NCBI GenBank assembly: GCA_038056025.1
Contig: JBBUGO010000005.1
Span: 1-53,489, forward strand
DNA: 53,489 nucleotides
Direction: 5' to 3'
Origin: Patescibacteria group bacterium
GTDB lineage: Bacteria > Patescibacteriota > Minisyncoccia > 2-02-FULL-40-12 > GWA2-44-9
Shown one piece after another: positions 51,987 through 53,489 of this stretch. Position 1 is the first letter of the stretch. Each line of letters begins with the position of its first letter. The position numbers and the translations under genes were made by a program. The notes under the pieces were generated by a model. The model was not told where the DNA came from and did not search any database. It was given only the letters and a program-made list of their open reading frames with translations.

Positions 51987-52910
51987 ATGCGAAAGTTTCT
52001 GATGTTACTCATTATTGCAGCTATGGTGCCGCTGTTCGGTGCACATGCGGGATCACCTCTCTGCGGAGATCCGCCCGCACCTAACCAAGATAATACCAAC
52101 CCTGTGGCGAGCATTGATCTTTCCCTCCACGGGGCTCCCGGGCGCACCAAAACTATTGCCATTGGTGCGTTCGTCGATCTTGGGGGAACTCCCAAAGATT
52201 CCAGCGGCAAACCCACAAAGGGCACCTCGGAACCAGAATGGACATTTCTGGGAGACGAAACGGCCTATACGGTCGCCGATACGAATTGTTTTACTCCACG
52301 TCTCACGGGGAAAAAAGATGCGGTGATTATTATCTTCCTTGAACAGGACGGGGTCAAATCGAACGAATTCACGCTTACCATCGGTAAAGGCGGTCCCATA
52401 CCTATAGCGTATCCCAGCGATGCCGAGTCCGATCAATTTTGCGCGTGGAAAGACAGCCAAGGAATATTCCATTGCGTTTCGGGGACCCAGAACAACCTCA
52501 AATGCGAGAATATAGAATTCCCCCCGCAGTGTGCGACACCCAATCAATGCGTGCGCAAAACGTTAGACCAGTGCGCGGGTGGGGATCCCCTGCCGACACA
52601 GATCCGTGCGGTTCAAGCTCCGCCAACTGACCTTGGTAAATTCATTCAGCAGCTTTTTAACTGGTCCTTGAGCATTCTTGGGGTGGTTATTTTTGTGGTG
52701 ATTATCTTCAGTGGGGCACAAATGCTCATCTACGCCGGCATACCGGCAAAGATTAGTGATGCGCAAGGTCGTATTCAAGATGCATTACTTGGTGCCGCAT
52801 TGCTCCTTGCCGCATACCTTATTCTCAACGTCATCAATCCAAATCTTGTGGGTCAAAGCTCACGCTTACCGCCGATCCCCACGCCCACGCCAGCTCGATC
52901 AACCCGCTGA
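51987..52910 (+). CDS. Secreted protein with a C-terminal two-helix TrbC/VirB2-like (CPR 'T4SS pilin'-type) domain
   Basis: I take the start MRKFLMLLIIAAMVPLFGAHA (signal peptide) at 51987. The C-terminus reads LSILGVVIFVVIIFSGAQMLIYAG...ALLGAALLLAAYLILNVINPNLV. Confidence 0.65.
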   Translation: MRKFLMLLIIAAMVPLFGAHAGSPLCGDPPAPNQDNTNPVASIDLSLHGAPGRTKTIAIGAFVDLGGTPKDSSGKPTKGTSEPEWTFLGDETAYTVADTNCFTPRLTGKKDAVIIIFLEQDGVKSNEFTLTIGKGGPIPIAYPSDAESDQFCAWKDSQGIFHCVSGTQNNLKCENIEFPPQCATPNQCVRKTLDQCAGGDPLPTQIRAVQAPPTDLGKFIQQLFNWSLSILGVVIFVVIIFSGAQMLIYAGIPAKISDAQGRIQDALLGAALLLAAYLILNVINPNLVGQSSRLPPIPTPTPARSTR

Positions 52911-52911
52911 T

Positions 52912-53358
52912 ATGGCATACCTCCTGGTTCTTGCGGTGATATTCGGCCTGATATTCTCCGGAGCATTAGGTATGTTGCCATTTAAAAACGTGTTTGATTC
53001 CGCGCGCACCAACATCACCCAATCGCTTTTCCCAAAATCAGATCGTGAAATCCTCATTGAAAATCTTCAAAAGAAATCGTCCGCTATTGAAAAGGTTTTA
53101 CAAAAACAATCGGCGGCACTTTCCGGTGGTGGGACGGCCCCCACAACAACTGAATTAAAAGAGGCACTCACTGCCGCACAGGAATCGCAAACGATCATTG
53201 ACACGCTCAAAGAAGCGGCGGAGGCACAAAATACGGTGAGTGAGTCACTGATTCAAAAAGTCATTTCGTCGTGGTCAGAAAAGCCCGTATCAGAAGGCGC
53301 TAACCTGCAACCCTCCCCCAGTATCCCCGCTGGATGTAACCTCGTCTGCCCAGAGTAG
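52912..53358 (+). CDS. Membrane-anchored hypothetical protein (148 aa)
   Basis: The ATG at 52912 (MAYLLVLAVIFGLIFSGALG) lies 1 nt after the pilin-like gene's TGA stop (52908-52910). The remainder is helical and Q/E/K-rich. Confidence 0.55.
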   Translation: MAYLLVLAVIFGLIFSGALGMLPFKNVFDSARTNITQSLFPKSDREILIENLQKKSSAIEKVLQKQSAALSGGGTAPTTTELKEALTAAQESQTIIDTLKEAAEAQNTVSESLIQKVISSWSEKPVSEGANLQPSPSIPAGCNLVCPE

Positions 53359-53406
53359 CTCCGTCTTTCTCTCCTCCCCCGGCGTGCACCTAAAAAATTA
53401 AGCTTC

Positions 53407-53489
53407 GTGTCATTATTCCCAGACAGGCCGCGTCAGCGTGTCCAGCGACACGCTGCACTATGACTCGGCTCGCATCCGCCAAGGGCGGA
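53407..53489 (-). repeat. Family B repeat, copy B4 (inverted, cut by the window end)
   Basis: GTGTCATTATTCCCAGACAGGCCG... is the reverse complement of the B 3' terminus. Its interior shares GTCGCTGGAC with B3 and GGCGGATGCGAGCCGA with B2. Confidence 0.75.

Overview
This 53.5-kb chromosomal window looks like a reduced-genome Patescibacteria/CPR (Parcubacteria-like) bacterium. That placement is inferred from gene content only, because no rRNA gene is present. No transposase, integrase, CRISPR array or rRNA was seen.

Main gene content:
- Translation and housekeeping: dnaJ (5' partial), efp, a def-fmt plus metal-ABC operon, gltX, rpmA, rplI, alaS, rny, gpmI, mnmA, hup, and tRNA-His, -Arg, -Pro and -Gly.
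- One long minus-strand ribosomal operon: infA-rpmJ-rpsM-rpsK-rpsD-rpoA-rplQ-rplM-rpsI.
- An 11-kb minus-strand envelope block (15872-26867): S41 peptidase, three GT2 and two GT4 glycosyltransferases, an LCP protein, an O-antigen-ligase-like protein, ddl, a C39-like peptidase and mreB.
- A FecR-domain protein next to a CHASE2 class III nucleotidyl cyclase.
- Two peptidoglycan hydrolases with a shared coiled-coil N-terminal module, and a CPR-type pilin-like protein.

What the annotation does not explain:
1. About a dozen short, locally GC-richer ORF cassettes each carry a canonical GGAGG Shine-Dalgarno (SD) site. Most are followed by a stem-loop terminator, and two have a recognisable promoter. 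The core genes around them show essentially no SD.
2. Three intergenic repeat families show compensatory base changes.
   - Family A is a 120-nt three-helix element with 4 copies.
   - Family B is a GC-rich mosaic palindromic element with at least 5 copies, twice fused directly to A.
   - Family C is an AT-rich long hairpin that fills four enlarged spacers of the ribosomal operon.
3. Several housekeeping proteins are truncated or atypical: rpoA lacks the alpha-CTD, alaS is short, dnaJ ends after CTD-I, and the efp loop is atypical.
4. A DEDDy exonuclease and a PD-(D/E)XK nuclease form a coupled gene pair.

Hairpin, tRNA and repeat coordinates were counted by hand and may be off by 1-2 nt. Domain calls come from motif recognition, not database searches.
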